A stretch of 49,967 nt of DNA, filler included, from Jimgerdemannia flammicorona (taxonomy: Eukaryota): NCBI GenBank assembly GCA_003990765.1. It is 2 parts of 2 records of this genome, joined end to end, with 100 filler letters (N's around TTAATTAATTAA, not from the genome) between each part and the next. Parts side by side here need not be neighbours in the genome. Positions count along the whole stretch, not along the records: positions 25,039 to 49,967 come from RBNJ01000905.1; 1 more part is not named here. One strand, 5' to 3'. Below, piece after piece: positions 25,950-38,412 of this stretch (its first letter is position 1; every line of letters begins with the position of its first letter). The position numbers were made by a program, and so were the translations under genes. Under the pieces are notes generated by a model. That model saw only the letters and a program-made list of their open reading frames with translations. It ran no database searches and was not told the origin of the DNA.

Positions 25950-28900
25950 CACATTATAATAGATATAGAGCTACATATATATTCATCAACTATAGAGATA
26001 TGAACTATATGATAATAAGCAAAAAGAGCTTATATATATATAAGTTATATAAAAGTCTCTATAGAATCAAACAAAGGGTAAGGTTGTAGAACTGAAAAAT
26101 TAACAAATATCTCTTAGATAATAGATTTAAGCATTGTAAGGCTGATCTATATATATATATCTGTCATATATCTTCAGAAATGGTATAATGAGATTAATAA
26201 TATAAAGGTGACTCTATACCAGAAATTTAAGATGATAGATATGAGTAATATATTATATATTCTTGAAATATCAATTATATATAATAGATATAAGTACACA
26301 ATATACATATCTATTACAAGCTATATATATATATTCAGACTATACTCAAATGATTTAATATAAGTAAATATAAATCTATCAGAACATCTATAGAGATATC
26401 TGTAAGATTAAAGAAGTCTAGCAATAATATGTTCAAGGAATTCAAAGACATCTCCTATTGGTAAGCTGTGAGATCCCTCATATATCTTATACTTGAGATG
26501 AGGTCTGATATATTATATACAATTAACAAAGTTGTACAATATTCATCCTACTATGACAATTTGTATTAGATGACAATCAAGTATATTTTCAGATATATTA
26601 AAGATATAGTACATTATATACTCAACTTAGGAGATAGTGATAATAAGAGATAAAGTAAAAGTACTATAAGGTTATCTGATATATATATAATACTGATTAG
26701 GCTGGTAACCTAGATGAGAGATGGTCTATGATCAGATATCTCTTTAAAATTAGTAAAAATAGAATTATTTCATAGCAAACATATAAGCAATCTTTGGTAG
26801 CAATATTATTTATGCAAGTGAAGTATTAAGTATTATATAGTAACAAAGAAAGCTATATAGCTTTGAAAACTAATATAGTTATGAATGCAATTCAAACTTC
26901 AGCAAAGTGGCCAAGAGCTGCTTAACATTATGTGGAACAATCATGCAATTTCCCCTGGCGGACTTAGTTTAGCTCATTTCATGCAGTTTCTTGTCCCTTT
27001 CTATGCCAAAGATAACTTAGCTAGTGGTATTTTAAAAATATGCCAACCATTAATACGAGTTAGTAACAATGTAATCAGTCCAGCGACTGAGTATTCGTCA
27101 CATCTCAGCTAGTCAGGTGTATACTACACCAAATTGCAATTAGTCGCTAGTATTTACAATTAGTTTGCATAACACATTCACAATGCCCCCAATTTGCACT
27201 CGGTCTCATGGTCCTTTGGAATCAGCTATAGCCCCAAGACCAGTTGCTCCCCTAGCCCCCTTACATGAACCTCACCCCTCCCCCATTCCCAATCTATCTG
27301 GCCTACACACTTGTCACAAAGAACAGCTAGTCGCACTGTATTGCAAACATCATCTACCAGTCGAAGGTCAAAAAGCCACACTAGTTATGCATCTCAACTT
27401 GCACCATCCAAGTCCTGACCCTCCACCTCAGCCGATTATTAGAGAGCAAGCTGAAGATGCCCTTATTGAATACTTAATCCCCACTTTAGTTGGGTACCTT
27501 GCAATACATCCATCTATCATACCGACGGGCCCCAACTTAATTACTCTGCCAATATCAGAGCTACTGGTGGGCTTGTTACAGGCAATTTCTCTACCGGCCA
27601 CTACTCCTCCCTCAGCTATGGCCCCCTTCATGCTGCCACCTCTCATAATAAGGTTGATGTCACAATCGCTGCCAAATCTGCAAAGTGGTGAGTCTTTCTC
27701 GTCTCTCATTTCGGATGCCATGCTTCAACGGAATTGGGTACCACCCAACTTGTTGGCATCACTAGATGCAGGCAACTATCAGATTCTATCTGAATGGACC
27801 AGCAGTGCTCTTATTTCGTGATCAAGCAGCTGCAAAAAAGCAGATATACATACACCCAACCATGACCTAGATCTACCACTGTGGCTCGAAGCTATCTTTA
27901 ACATCTGAGGTGCTCTACTGGATCTGGGTACCACCTGATCAACCTCGCATACATCCCATACTCCTCAACTTCTTGCCCATACAATCTTTATCATTAAAGT
28001 AATAAATGATCATTATGACTGGGTGGCACTTCAATACTTTGACTATCAAGTTCGTATACTCAAGGCCTCCTTCCCTGACTTGGACATCGGCAATCCAGAC
28101 ATGGTTTGCTGTACATTCAAGACAATCCTTGGCCAACCTTTCTCAGCATCCTTAGCATACCAACGTCACTCTACATTCTCCTATGCTGGATCTCATGTGG
28201 CAGGAAGTTCATCAACTGCCTACTTGGCTGGTGGCCCAAAACTGGTCTCATCTACCAACCTCTTGTGCTTTCGATGTAGGGTGCAGGGACATGCCATCAG
28301 CTCCTGTACCCAAACCCCACTCCAGCATCCTACTTTCCCATCCAAGCCAGATGATCCTATCTACCCAGATGGTGTAGCAAGCTTGGTCTGTCATAACTTT
28401 AACAGCTCTGGTTGCTCCTATCGAAACTCTGGTCAAGCACATGTATGCCTCTTCTGCTATGGACCTCACACAGCCCCAGCTTGCTCTGCTCGCCATGGCT
28501 AATCTCTCGATTTTCTCCACTTCTAGTCACCCAACCACCCTGTACCATATTAAGGAGTGGAAAAGGATACTGCATTCGCATCCAAACCCATCACTTGTTC
28601 AGTACCACCTAACAGGTCTCTACCATGATTATCAGCACAGAAATCACTCTCACCCTGAGCTTCACATCGACCTCATATCCGACAACCTTACCTCTGCTTA
28701 CCAGCACCAAGAAGTTCTCTCCACCAACATTCTCACTGAGCTAGCTGCGAGTTGCTATCTTGGCCCATTTTCGTCTCTCTCCTCCATACCACCAGAATTC
28801 CACCCCTTTCGCAATGCACCCCTTGGTGTCATTCCTAAGAAGCACTCGTCCAAATTTCGTACTATACAACATCTATCCTTTCTCTATGGGAGTTCAGTCA

Positions 28901-31900
28901 ATGACAGAATCGATCCTGAGGAGTTCTCAATCCAGTATCAGTCCATTTAAGCCATCATTCTCCTTCTCCTCTCAGTCAGCTCTACTGCACTCTTCTGGAA
29001 GGCCAATGTGGCTGACGCCTTCCGCACCATCCCAGTATACTGCTCCGATTGGGCTATGCAGGGTATCTGCTGGCTTGGTCTTTTCTTCCTCAATATATTC
29101 CTCCCCTTTGGTCTTCACTCCACTCCCTTTATCTTCACATCTCTCATAGACCTCTTTACCTAGATCTGTATTCAACTGTACAATCTTCCTAACTTGGGCC
29201 ATTTCATTGATGACTTTATCTATGTCGCACCTCTGTCCAGCACATTCTCCTCCTATAATCAATTTTATGCTACTGTATCTCGATTCGGCCTCCCACTCAA
29301 ACCCTCCAAAGATATTCCTCCTACTCCAACTATAGAGTATGTTGGCTTCATTCTTGATGCTCCAACAATGACAATTAGTCTCCTAATGGAGAAACACACA
29401 TGCATTCTTATCTTACTAGCATCATGGCTTACACTGGCTCAGCAGACTCGATCATACTATCTATGTCTGCATTCACACCATGAAGCTCAATCACTCTCGG
29501 GCCATCTTATGCACATTGTTCAAATACTTCCAGATGGGAAGGTGTTTTGCAATAGCATCATTCACTTCACTTCCTCTTGGAAACTGCCCTATGCGGGGCG
29601 GCATTTTCCACCTCCTCAACTAGCCACCAACTTATATGGTGGTATGATATTCTACACTCATGGCCAGGTCATCGCCTGCTCTGCCATTCTGAGTGGCTTG
29701 ATTGTGGTCTGTTTACAGATACATCTGGGACACTTGGTACTGGTGGCCTGCTGGGCCAATGCTGGTGGAGTACTCATTGGGCTCCCTTCTTCTTAGATCT
29801 GAATGGCTATGATATATTCTGGAAAGAAATGTTTGCCATTTGGGTCTCATTGGTGCTCTGGGGCCCCTTGTTTCATTCTCAACGTATTATTCTCTGATGT
29901 GATAGCCAGCCCTATGTCGAATCATTGACCAGTGGTCAGGCATGCCATCATCCTCTTGTCAATGACTTACTTCATCGTATCATTCTCTTACATCTCGAAA
30001 TCGGATTCGAAATTCAAGCTTGTTACATCCCTTCAGCATCTAACCCTGCAGACCCCTTATCTCACCATATACTTCCTCCACATTCCCAGGACCTGTTGCC
30101 TACATTAATCACATCCCTCTTTGGCTTTGCCATCAATTCGACACCTGCCTCTACCAACGTACCCACACTCGAACAGGTAACTTCTGGTCAGGCACCAATT
30201 CTCTACACCAATTTCTCAACTCCTGCAATATCGTAGAGGCCGCTGCTTTCTCTCTTCAAGATGAATTACTCAGTTATTGGGCTCTTTGGCTTGTCCAAGA
30301 TGGCAAGCCCTACTCCACCATCAAGAACTACTTCTATGATCTTGCAGGCTATCAGGTTGCTCACTGGTGTGGTCCTCCACTCCAGCACCTTTCTCTACCC
30401 CTCTTCAACACCATTATGAAGTCTATTCAGACTCACCCACCACCTTCCAGTTCACTCGACCGGCTTCCTATTATGCGCCAACACCTCTGGTCTATCCGTC
30501 TCTCTCTCCACATAGACACTCCTTTTGGTGCTACTATTTGGGCAGTGGCATGCTCTGCTTTTTATGGCTTAATGCATGTTGGTGAATTTACTACTCGAGA
30601 TGGCTCCATATTCAATCCGAATTGGTAAATTTATCATCACCATCTTCATCGCCGACAGGATGATACCCTTTCTCGACCATTCTGGGCTCTACATCTTCCC
30701 TGAACAAAAACAGGCGGAGCAGATGATGTCTTCCTTGGCTTCTCTGGCGCCTTCAATTGCCTGTGCACTGCAATTGACAATATGGTCCATATTCTCCCAG
30801 TGCAACCTCATGACCCCGCCTTCTGCCTTGGCCTGGGCCAACCACTTTCTCGATCTACATTCATTGAAGCAATTTGATCTCTGCTCATGGGCACCTCCCT
30901 AGCTGTCAGTATTTATGGTCACTCCTTTCAAATTGATGGTGCCACGCTTCTGGCAGCCAGGGGCTATCCTGATCATGTCATTCAACTTGCTGGTCAATGG
31001 AAATCTACTGTATTTCTCTGCTACATTCGACACCTCGACCACATTCTCCCCAAAACCATGGCAACACTAGCAGGACTCCCTCTACCCGATCTTCAGCGGG
31101 CCATGGGTTTGGCCAGTAATGGCCGAATTTTGCCCATAAGTGGGTTATGGCATCATTAGGAGCCTAAAACCACTTCCCAGGCCCGCAGTTTTGGTCCCCT
31201 TCGCTAATGCGAATGGCGGGCCTTAGAGGCATATGCTTCTATATAGCCAAACCTACCCCACTTCATCCTCTATATATATTCTACATTTTATGCTTCATAA
31301 TCCCCCCTTTTCTACTTCGTTGAATTGGTCACTCGATAGACACTTTGATATAGTTATGAATACAATTCAAACTTCAGCAAAGTGGCTAAGAGCCGCTTAA
31401 CATTATATGAAACAATCATACAATTTCCCCTTGATAGACTTAGTTTAGCTCATTTCATGCAGTTTCTTGTTCCTTTCTACACCAAAGATAACTTAGCTAG
31501 TGGTGTTTTAAAAATATGCCAACCATTAATGTGAGTTAGTAATAATGTAATCGGTCCAGCGACTGAGTATTCATCACATCTCAGCTAGTCAGGCATATAC
31601 TATGCCAAGTTGTAATTAGTTGCTAGTATTTACAATCAGTTTGTATAACCCTCCCACCCATCCCCTTTTAGTAGTATATAATAAAAGAAGGCCCTCTTCG
31701 CTAATGCGAATGGCAGGCCTTGGAGGTATATGCTTCCATATAGCCAAACCTACCCCGCTTCATCTCCTATATACATTCTACATTTTATGCTTCATAATCC
31801 CCCCTTTTCTACTTTGTTGAATTGGTCACTTGATAGACACTTTGCTAAAAAAGTTGAAATTTTCTCAAGAACAGTACTCTATACTACTCTAATAAGATAA

Positions 31901-32658
31901 TCAATCTATAATTGCTATGGTAAAGAACTTTATACATTATACTAGAACAAAGCATATTAACATATAGTATTATTTTATTTGGGAATATAGGAAAAATAAT
32001 ACTATATATCTAAAATACACTTATATGGAGTATATGATGATAGATTTATTTATTAAAGCTCTTTCAAAGGCAAAGTTTAATTTATGTATATAAGAAATGA
32101 GACTTATAGATAACTCTATACTAACAGACAATTCTACACCAGTAAGTAGTAATTATATACCAGTAAACAGAAACTATATATCAGTAATAGCAATAATGAT
32201 AATATAGTAATAATAGAAAGTTTTTTAGAATACTAAAAAGTATTTCACTATATCTTATATATATCTATCAATATTGTTTATATTTTTTCATTTGTAAATA
32301 GATCTGGATTTATATTGTAGGTGATCTTTCATCAATATTGCTCAGAATTACTAATCTTTTACTACATTCTTTATCTATTTATATACTTATAAGTAGGGAA
32401 TTTTGAGCTTTTTTAGTCTTCTAGATAGCACTTAGTTGATTATACATATCTTAGTTTAACTATATTTTAGTTTTATTTGTATATTCTGAGATATATCTTG
32501 TTAAGTGGAAGTGTTGAAATATTTTAGTTATAGTAACTTAATATATAGTAGTATAGCCTAACTATATTATTATTATAAATATCATCAATATGTATAAAAG
32601 CATATAAGCTATCAATAAACAGCTACTATCTCTTCTTTTTTTCAAGTATTTCACAATA
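25950..32658 (+). mobile_element. Ty1/Copia copy 2 (RT-RNase H-3'LTR portion, heavily decayed), split by the Ngaro element; 3' LTR at 32512-32658
   Basis: 25950-26872 and 31845-32150 are collinear with Copia copy 1 (e.g. gatatgaactatatga, gctggtaacctagatga, aagataatcaatc). Purine tract aagtggaag is followed by tgttgaaata...cacaata. Confidence 0.85.
26873..31844 (+). mobile_element. Complete Ngaro-type (DIRS order) tyrosine-recombinase retrotransposon with split direct repeats A1...B1-A2-B2
   Basis: A1 26873-27173, A2 31348-31649, B1 31193-31347, B2 31690-31844. Gag-like ORF 27183-28502 (CCHC; C-terminal CHNFN..C..H.C..C...H....C). RT/RNase H from about 28495 (PLGVIPKK, ADAFR, LPFGL, FIDD, FTDTSG, NPADPLS). 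Recombinase motifs FYGLMHVGE and HSFQIDGAT..GQWKS..YIR. No TSD. Confidence 0.93.
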
Positions 32659-35600
32659 GTAACTTTAATGGATATATGAGGCCTTTGTTTGTCAGATCTG
32701 TTAGCTATTCTTTGAGAGTTTCTATCTCAGGCTAAGCTAGTCAGTAGATTTTACAGTAGAGAGGGTCTGCTTCTGAGATAGTCTTGATGCTATACTCTAC
32801 TACTTGGGTGGATGGTAGTTTTTGCAGTTCTTGAAAATAATCTTTATATTTCTTAAGTAGCTCTTAAAGGCTTTCTTTTTCTTTATCTTTATTTTTCAAT
32901 AGTTCAAAAATATCTTCTTCTTCTTCTTTTCTAATAGTTTGATAGTTATATATAGATATATTGCTCTGGTTTCTAGATTAGCTTCTTTATTAAAATAGTA
33001 GAGATGATATCATACTTAAGTTTTGCTTTCTTCTTAGCCTCTTCTGGCTATAGCTTGATATATCTTAGGGAGATTATATTGGTTCACCAGTCAATATGAG
33101 AATTTTCTTATATGAGCCAGGATTTTTCAAGAATGACGTTATATCCTAAAAGGTATATAATGTGAAAGATCTGCTTTATAGTATAGTCTTCTAGTTATAT
33201 GAGTACATTCTTACAGATTTTAGAGAGTTTCTGAGTTATTCTATAACTAAATATAGCAATATTACCTTCTTAGTTTCTTTGTATTTTGAGGTTGAATTTG
33301 TCAGCTATTTTCTTATCAAGATAATACTTGCTTGCTCTATTGTCAATAAGGATCTTGACTGGATTTTCTTTAATTTTTCTAATAAGTAGATATATTCAGT
33401 ATTGTTTTCTTATTAGATAGTATTTATTTCTGGGATAACTTCTTATTCCCAATCTTGTACTTCTCTATTTTCATCATCAATATTCTTAATTTCTTCATGC
33501 TATTATTAAGAAATAGTTCTTAGATTTGAGGACATATGTAATATACTCACCTATATACTCAAAATAGTATATATTGATTCTATAAGGCTGAATATATCTA
33601 TTAGTAATACACTAGTACTATTTCTAATCTCAGTCTTGAGGTTTTTTATATAAACAATCTTCTATATCATAGTTTTCACTTTGGTCTTAACAGGGTGTTT
33701 TTCTGTTAATTCAAAAACTTTTTCTCCTCTATTAGAGTATAATAGCTCATTTGTTAATTCTACTTTGAGATCATTATATATTATCTCAATAATAGCTTGG
33801 GTGATTTGTTTTTTATTATAATTTTAACTTGCTTCTATCTAATATAGTATAGTAGAATCTTGATTTCACCTTTGAATTCTTGGTCTATAACTTCTTTAGT
33901 TATATAGAGTCTCTCTTTCTTAGCCAGGCTACTTCTTTCTATAAATAGATATAGATTCCTTTAGAGACTTCTATTCTGACACCTTTGCTAATAGTTACTT
34001 ACTTACTTAGTTTGATGGTTATTTCTACACTTGAGTAGAAATTATAGCCAGTATTAGATTTATGTACTTTATTTAGAATTTTCACAGTAATGTAAAATCT
34101 CTTAATCTTGATCTTCTCAGAAGTTCTTTTGGAGTTATTTTCTATTATAATAATAGTATCTATGAAGGATGATTCCTTATTTATATTGATCTTCTTATCA
34201 GTATTTATAGAATATATATTCAGTTTTCTTATAGTAGAAATATATTTCTTTCTTCTTGAGTTTTTTTTGAATTCTTTGTTAGACAATCTCTTATATCTAT
34301 CTTGCAATTTCTAAGGATTATTTCAAGATTCATACTTCTTCTGAAATTGACATCACTTGTCTCTCTTATTGTTATTTTTATTATCTCTTAGTCTTTAGAC
34401 TACTAGGATAATTCTAAGTACTATTACTCATATAGATAGTTATAGGGTTATCTTTGTTTACAGATTGTTTTTAATAACTATTCAAAGATAGTATCAAAGA
34501 AGTATACTGCTCTGCTTCTATTCATGATTTATTCTTATTAGCTATATTCTACTTCTATAGTATTTAGAAGAATTTCTAATCTTATTACAAATGTCTCTAA
34601 ATCTTCTTTTCTATCATTGTAGAATTAGAAGTTCTTGAGCTTAGTTCTGACTACAGCAATATGAGCAGAGCTGCAGAACTGCTGAATGATCAGCTATTTT
34701 AGGCCTATAGTAGCTGAGTAGACTTTATAGTCAGAGTGCTCATCATCTCTATCACTTGTCTTAATTTCAGTATAAGTTTTCTAAGTGAGAGTATACTGAG
34801 AGGTTATATCACTACTGAGTAGCTATATCTGTAAAATAGATGATAACTTTCTTTACTTATGAGTCTATAGTTATATAGAGATCTTCAATCTTCAATCTTA
34901 TAGAGTTCATTATTAGTAAGAGTGCTGTCTATAGTGCTCCAAATGGATGGAGTTGATCCAGATGAGATTCAATTCAGATTCGTCATGTGATAGATTCAAA
35001 TCAACTTGGATTGGTCTCGTGATCTGATCTGGATTGATCTGGATTGATCCAGATTGATCCATCCAGATTGATCCATCTGGATTGATCCATCCGGATTAAT
35101 CTGGATTGGTCCAACCAGATTAGTCCATCTGGATTGGTCCATCCAGATTGGTCCATCCAGATTGATCCATCTGGATTGAAATCTTTGGTGACATCACCCT
35201 TTCTTTTGTTCATTTTGCTCTTGTTTTTTTTTTCCTACCACACTTTGGTGACATCATCCTTTCCTTTTGCTCCCTCTCTTTTTTTGTTCTTTTCTTTGTT
35301 CTTTTTCTTTGTTCTTTTTCTTTGTTCTTTCCTGCTATATCATGAGCAAACAAAACAGCAGCCCTTAATTCGTACATTGGTCCAGTCTACTCATTTTTCA
35401 CCCTGCAATGATCGTCAAAAGAGGGAGTATTCGAGGTGGAAATGCACTCTCTGCTGACAATATTAGATTCTTTCTCATATAGACAGCATACAAGCTGCTC
35501 ATCAAGAGCCAAAGGAGAGACAGTGGTGGTGGTGACAATGGTGATGGCAATGGCGGAGATGAGGGAGAATTCTAGCAACAACTCACGGCAGCCCTTCGGA

Positions 35601-36079
35601 CCTCGGAATTCACAGACCTCACAGCTATATATACAACAGCCTTTTTGGAGCAGCCAATAGTAGATGTAGGTTGCTCACTCGGCTGCTACTTGTTTATTTG
35701 TATTTATTTAAACTTCCCCAGCATAACCCAATTCACTTTGTGCTTTTCTTAGGGTCCACAGCTCTATGGCAAGATCTGCTGACTTTATTCGCAATATTTG
35801 GTCAAGATGAAGAAAGGCTGGCAGACATTGCAGGGCATGCCTTTGGTGGCTGAGCTGTTGAGTCAATGCATTGTATGGCAGAGGTCTCAAAAGGAACAGA
35901 AGCAAGCCTTCATGAGCAATCTTGTGCAACTTGTGCAACTTGTTGGCATGCAACTTGTCGGTATACAACTCATCAGTATGCAGCTCATTCACTCACTCAC
36001 TCATGCTCTTTTTCTGAAATACCCATCTCCGTGTTTTATTTAATTTCATTTTTACATGGTCTTCCCCCTAAAAAACACC

Positions 36080-36305
36080 CATGCCTGCATGCAATCCACC
36101 CACATGTAACCCGCCTGCATGCAACCCACCTGCATGCAATATGCCTGCATGCAACCCACCTGCATGCAACCCACCTGCATGCAACCTGCCCGCACACAAC
36201 CTGCCTGCACACAACCTACCTGCAACCCGCCCACATGTAACCTGCCTGCATGCAACCTGCCTACATGCAACCCACCCACACACAACCCATCCGCATGCAA
36301 CCTGT
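36080..36305 (+). repeat. 15-bp minisatellite (cctgcatgcaaccca-like) inside the hAT
   Basis: About 15 imperfect tandem units; source of the spurious PPACN/LHAGG ORFs. Confidence 0.9.
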
Positions 36306-36330
36306 CTGTATACTTATCTCGGTCTCTCAG

Positions 36331-37544
36331 ATCAGGGCTCAGTTCCATTGGAAAGGGGAGTTCAAAGTTACCCAAGTTCAACCATGTCTGACATCTGATC
36401 AAATAGAGAAATTTGAGGGCAAGATGTTCAGCATAAGTAGTACCAGCATCATCATCAAGGCTTAGGGGTCTACATTTGAATCAGAGCCAATTGTACTTGA
36501 CCAAGGGGTCCATTGGCCAGCAGGAGTAACCAGCGATGAAGAGAACCATATCTTTATTAACGAATGTGGAGAGGTGGTTGTGATGGTGGTAAGGAACCTC
36601 TACAGCGATGAGCTTCACCACCACATCAACGAGATTTGCGAGGATTGCATCAAATACTGGGTGGCAGGAAAGAGGGGGTGAAAAAAGCAAGGAGGGGGGG
36701 TTTGGACAGGAATTGGGTATACTGCAACACTGGCGAAGGGTGGGTTCCAGAGTTCTGAAATCCCCTGCACTCATCTCTCTTTTTTTTTAACCCCTCCCCA
36801 GATAAATCACACTCTTCGCCGATATACTCTTTTTGATATAATTCTAGGGATGCACAAGATTCTGTACCCCTACTGGAACTTTAGAAGTGCCGTCAAAGAG
36901 CAAACTGTGCACGAGCATGACACGGCCTATGCGGCGATGGTGGCTATGATCTAGGGTTCTTTGAGCAGATTGGTAGAGCATATGGCAGGCCAGCTTGGTG
37001 GTGATCTCAGCGCAGCTGTACATATATTCTTAGCACAATTTAGCATGCCGTATGAGGTGAGGAGCTCTGCTTTTTCGGGATGCTGCAGCCCGGGGGGTTT
37101 CTGCCCCCCCGCATGCAAAAAGGACTGACCAGTTGCCATCCATTTCGGCAGGTTTCCAAGCCGGGGCTCCTGGGGCTGGACCAAGGGCAGGCATCCACCA
37201 GCACAGCCTGGCAGTACGAGGTTCTGGACCAAGGGTTCACCCAACTGTACACTCACATCACATCAGGATATGTCGGGCACAACCTTTCTCTGCCTACACA
37301 CACAGACAACAATGTCACCTTGGTAATGTTTTACATTCTGGAAAGGAAGGGCCCAATCTGGGAGGATAGCGATGGAGTCTGGTATGACCTCACCTATGGT
37401 TTCGGGGTCCTGTTTGCAGCCAACACGGCCATTCTATTCCAACCACATGACCACCATGACACTGTCGCCTTCGAGGAGAGCTCAGACATAACAGTCATCG
37501 CACTCACAATAGATGATAGGCTCATCAAGGCCTGGGACTGGTAA
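36331..37544 (+). pseudogene. hAT cargo: putative 2OG-Fe(II) dioxygenase, TET/JBP-like; exons about 36331-36739, 36848-37056, 37152-37544, with further upstream exons probable
   Basis: GT-AG introns 36740-36847 and 37057-37151 join three segments in frame. HxD (HTD 37299-37307), G..YDLTYGFGV....AILF..H.HH.T (His 37452/37455), and upstream FINECGEVVVMV and RG*KKQGGG..GIG motifs. Three point stops. Confidence 0.6.
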
Positions 37545-37820
37545 GTGGAGCAGTTTTTGTGAGGGTTAGGCAATCTTTTGTGAGGGTTAGGCAGCCATTT
37601 TGTGTGGGTTGAGTAGTCTTATGTGGGCCAGGCGCCTCTTATGTAGCACTAGCTTAGCTATTATGCAGGGCCCTACTGGCCCCTTGGCCCTGCTCTGTAG
37701 TGCTGCTGGTGCGGCACTATGGCACAGGGCTGGAGTATCCATAGGACCCAAACCGGCAACTTTGACTGCTGGAAATACCCTCCAACTGCCAGAAGCACCC
37801 TCTGCCCTAGACTCCTTGGC

Positions 37821-38270
37821 AGCTTGGGGCTGCCCCTGCACTGCTGGCAGAGGGCCCCAAATTTTGTGTACTCCCTCCACCTGCCCTGCCTGTCCTGGAC
37901 ACTTGTGGCTTGGGGCTGCCCCTTGCTGTCAGTGGAGGGCTGCAAATTTTGCATGTCCCTCCACCAACTCTGTACCTGCCAACCTGCCAACTGACCCCAC
38001 CCACTGACCCAGGTGCTGACAGCTTGGGGCTGCCCCTCGCTACTGGCGGAGGGCTGCAAATTTTGTATGCTCCCTCTGCCTACTCCCCTGACCTGGACAC
38101 TTGCAGCTTGGGGCTGCTCCTTACTGCCAGTGGAGGGCCGCAAATTTTGCATGCTCCCTCTGCTGACCCACCAACCCGCCCACTGACCTGGGCACTGGCA
38201 GCTTGAGGCTGCCCCTTCCTGCTGCTGGCTGAGGACTGCAAATATTATGCGCTCCCTCCACTGCCGCCAC
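37821..38270 (+). repeat. Five GC-rich hairpin-forming repeats between the convergent cargo and transposase genes
   Basis: Units start gcttggggctgcccc at about 37822, 37908, 38022, 38106 and 38201. Core ggaggg-gcaaa/tttgc-ctccctcc is an inverted repeat. Confidence 0.85.
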
Positions 38271-38412
38271 CAACCCTGCCCCACTTGGGCTGCAAACTCC
38301 GGGCCGAGTCCTTATGTTTTTTTTTCCTTTTTTATTATTTTGAAAGGTGTTAATTTGATAGGTATTAAATATTCCACAAGGCCAACCAACTTATCCACAC
38401 ACCCACCGAATT

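Noticed and set aside
26873..31844. DIRS-type with inverted terminal repeats or a methyltransferase domain
   Set aside because: The repeats are split direct, not inverted, and no DAM-like motif is seen between RNase H and the recombinase.
36052..36402. Repetitive ORFs (PPACN, LHAGG, GCMQV) resembling pentapeptide or metallothionein proteins
   Set aside because: Translations of a 15-bp minisatellite that is open in most frames.
37821..38270. CRISPR-like array (palindromic repeats with variable spacers)
   Set aside because: The linkers share sequence (gacctggacacttgc-like), the repeats are degenerate, no cas genes are present, and the context is a eukaryotic transposon.
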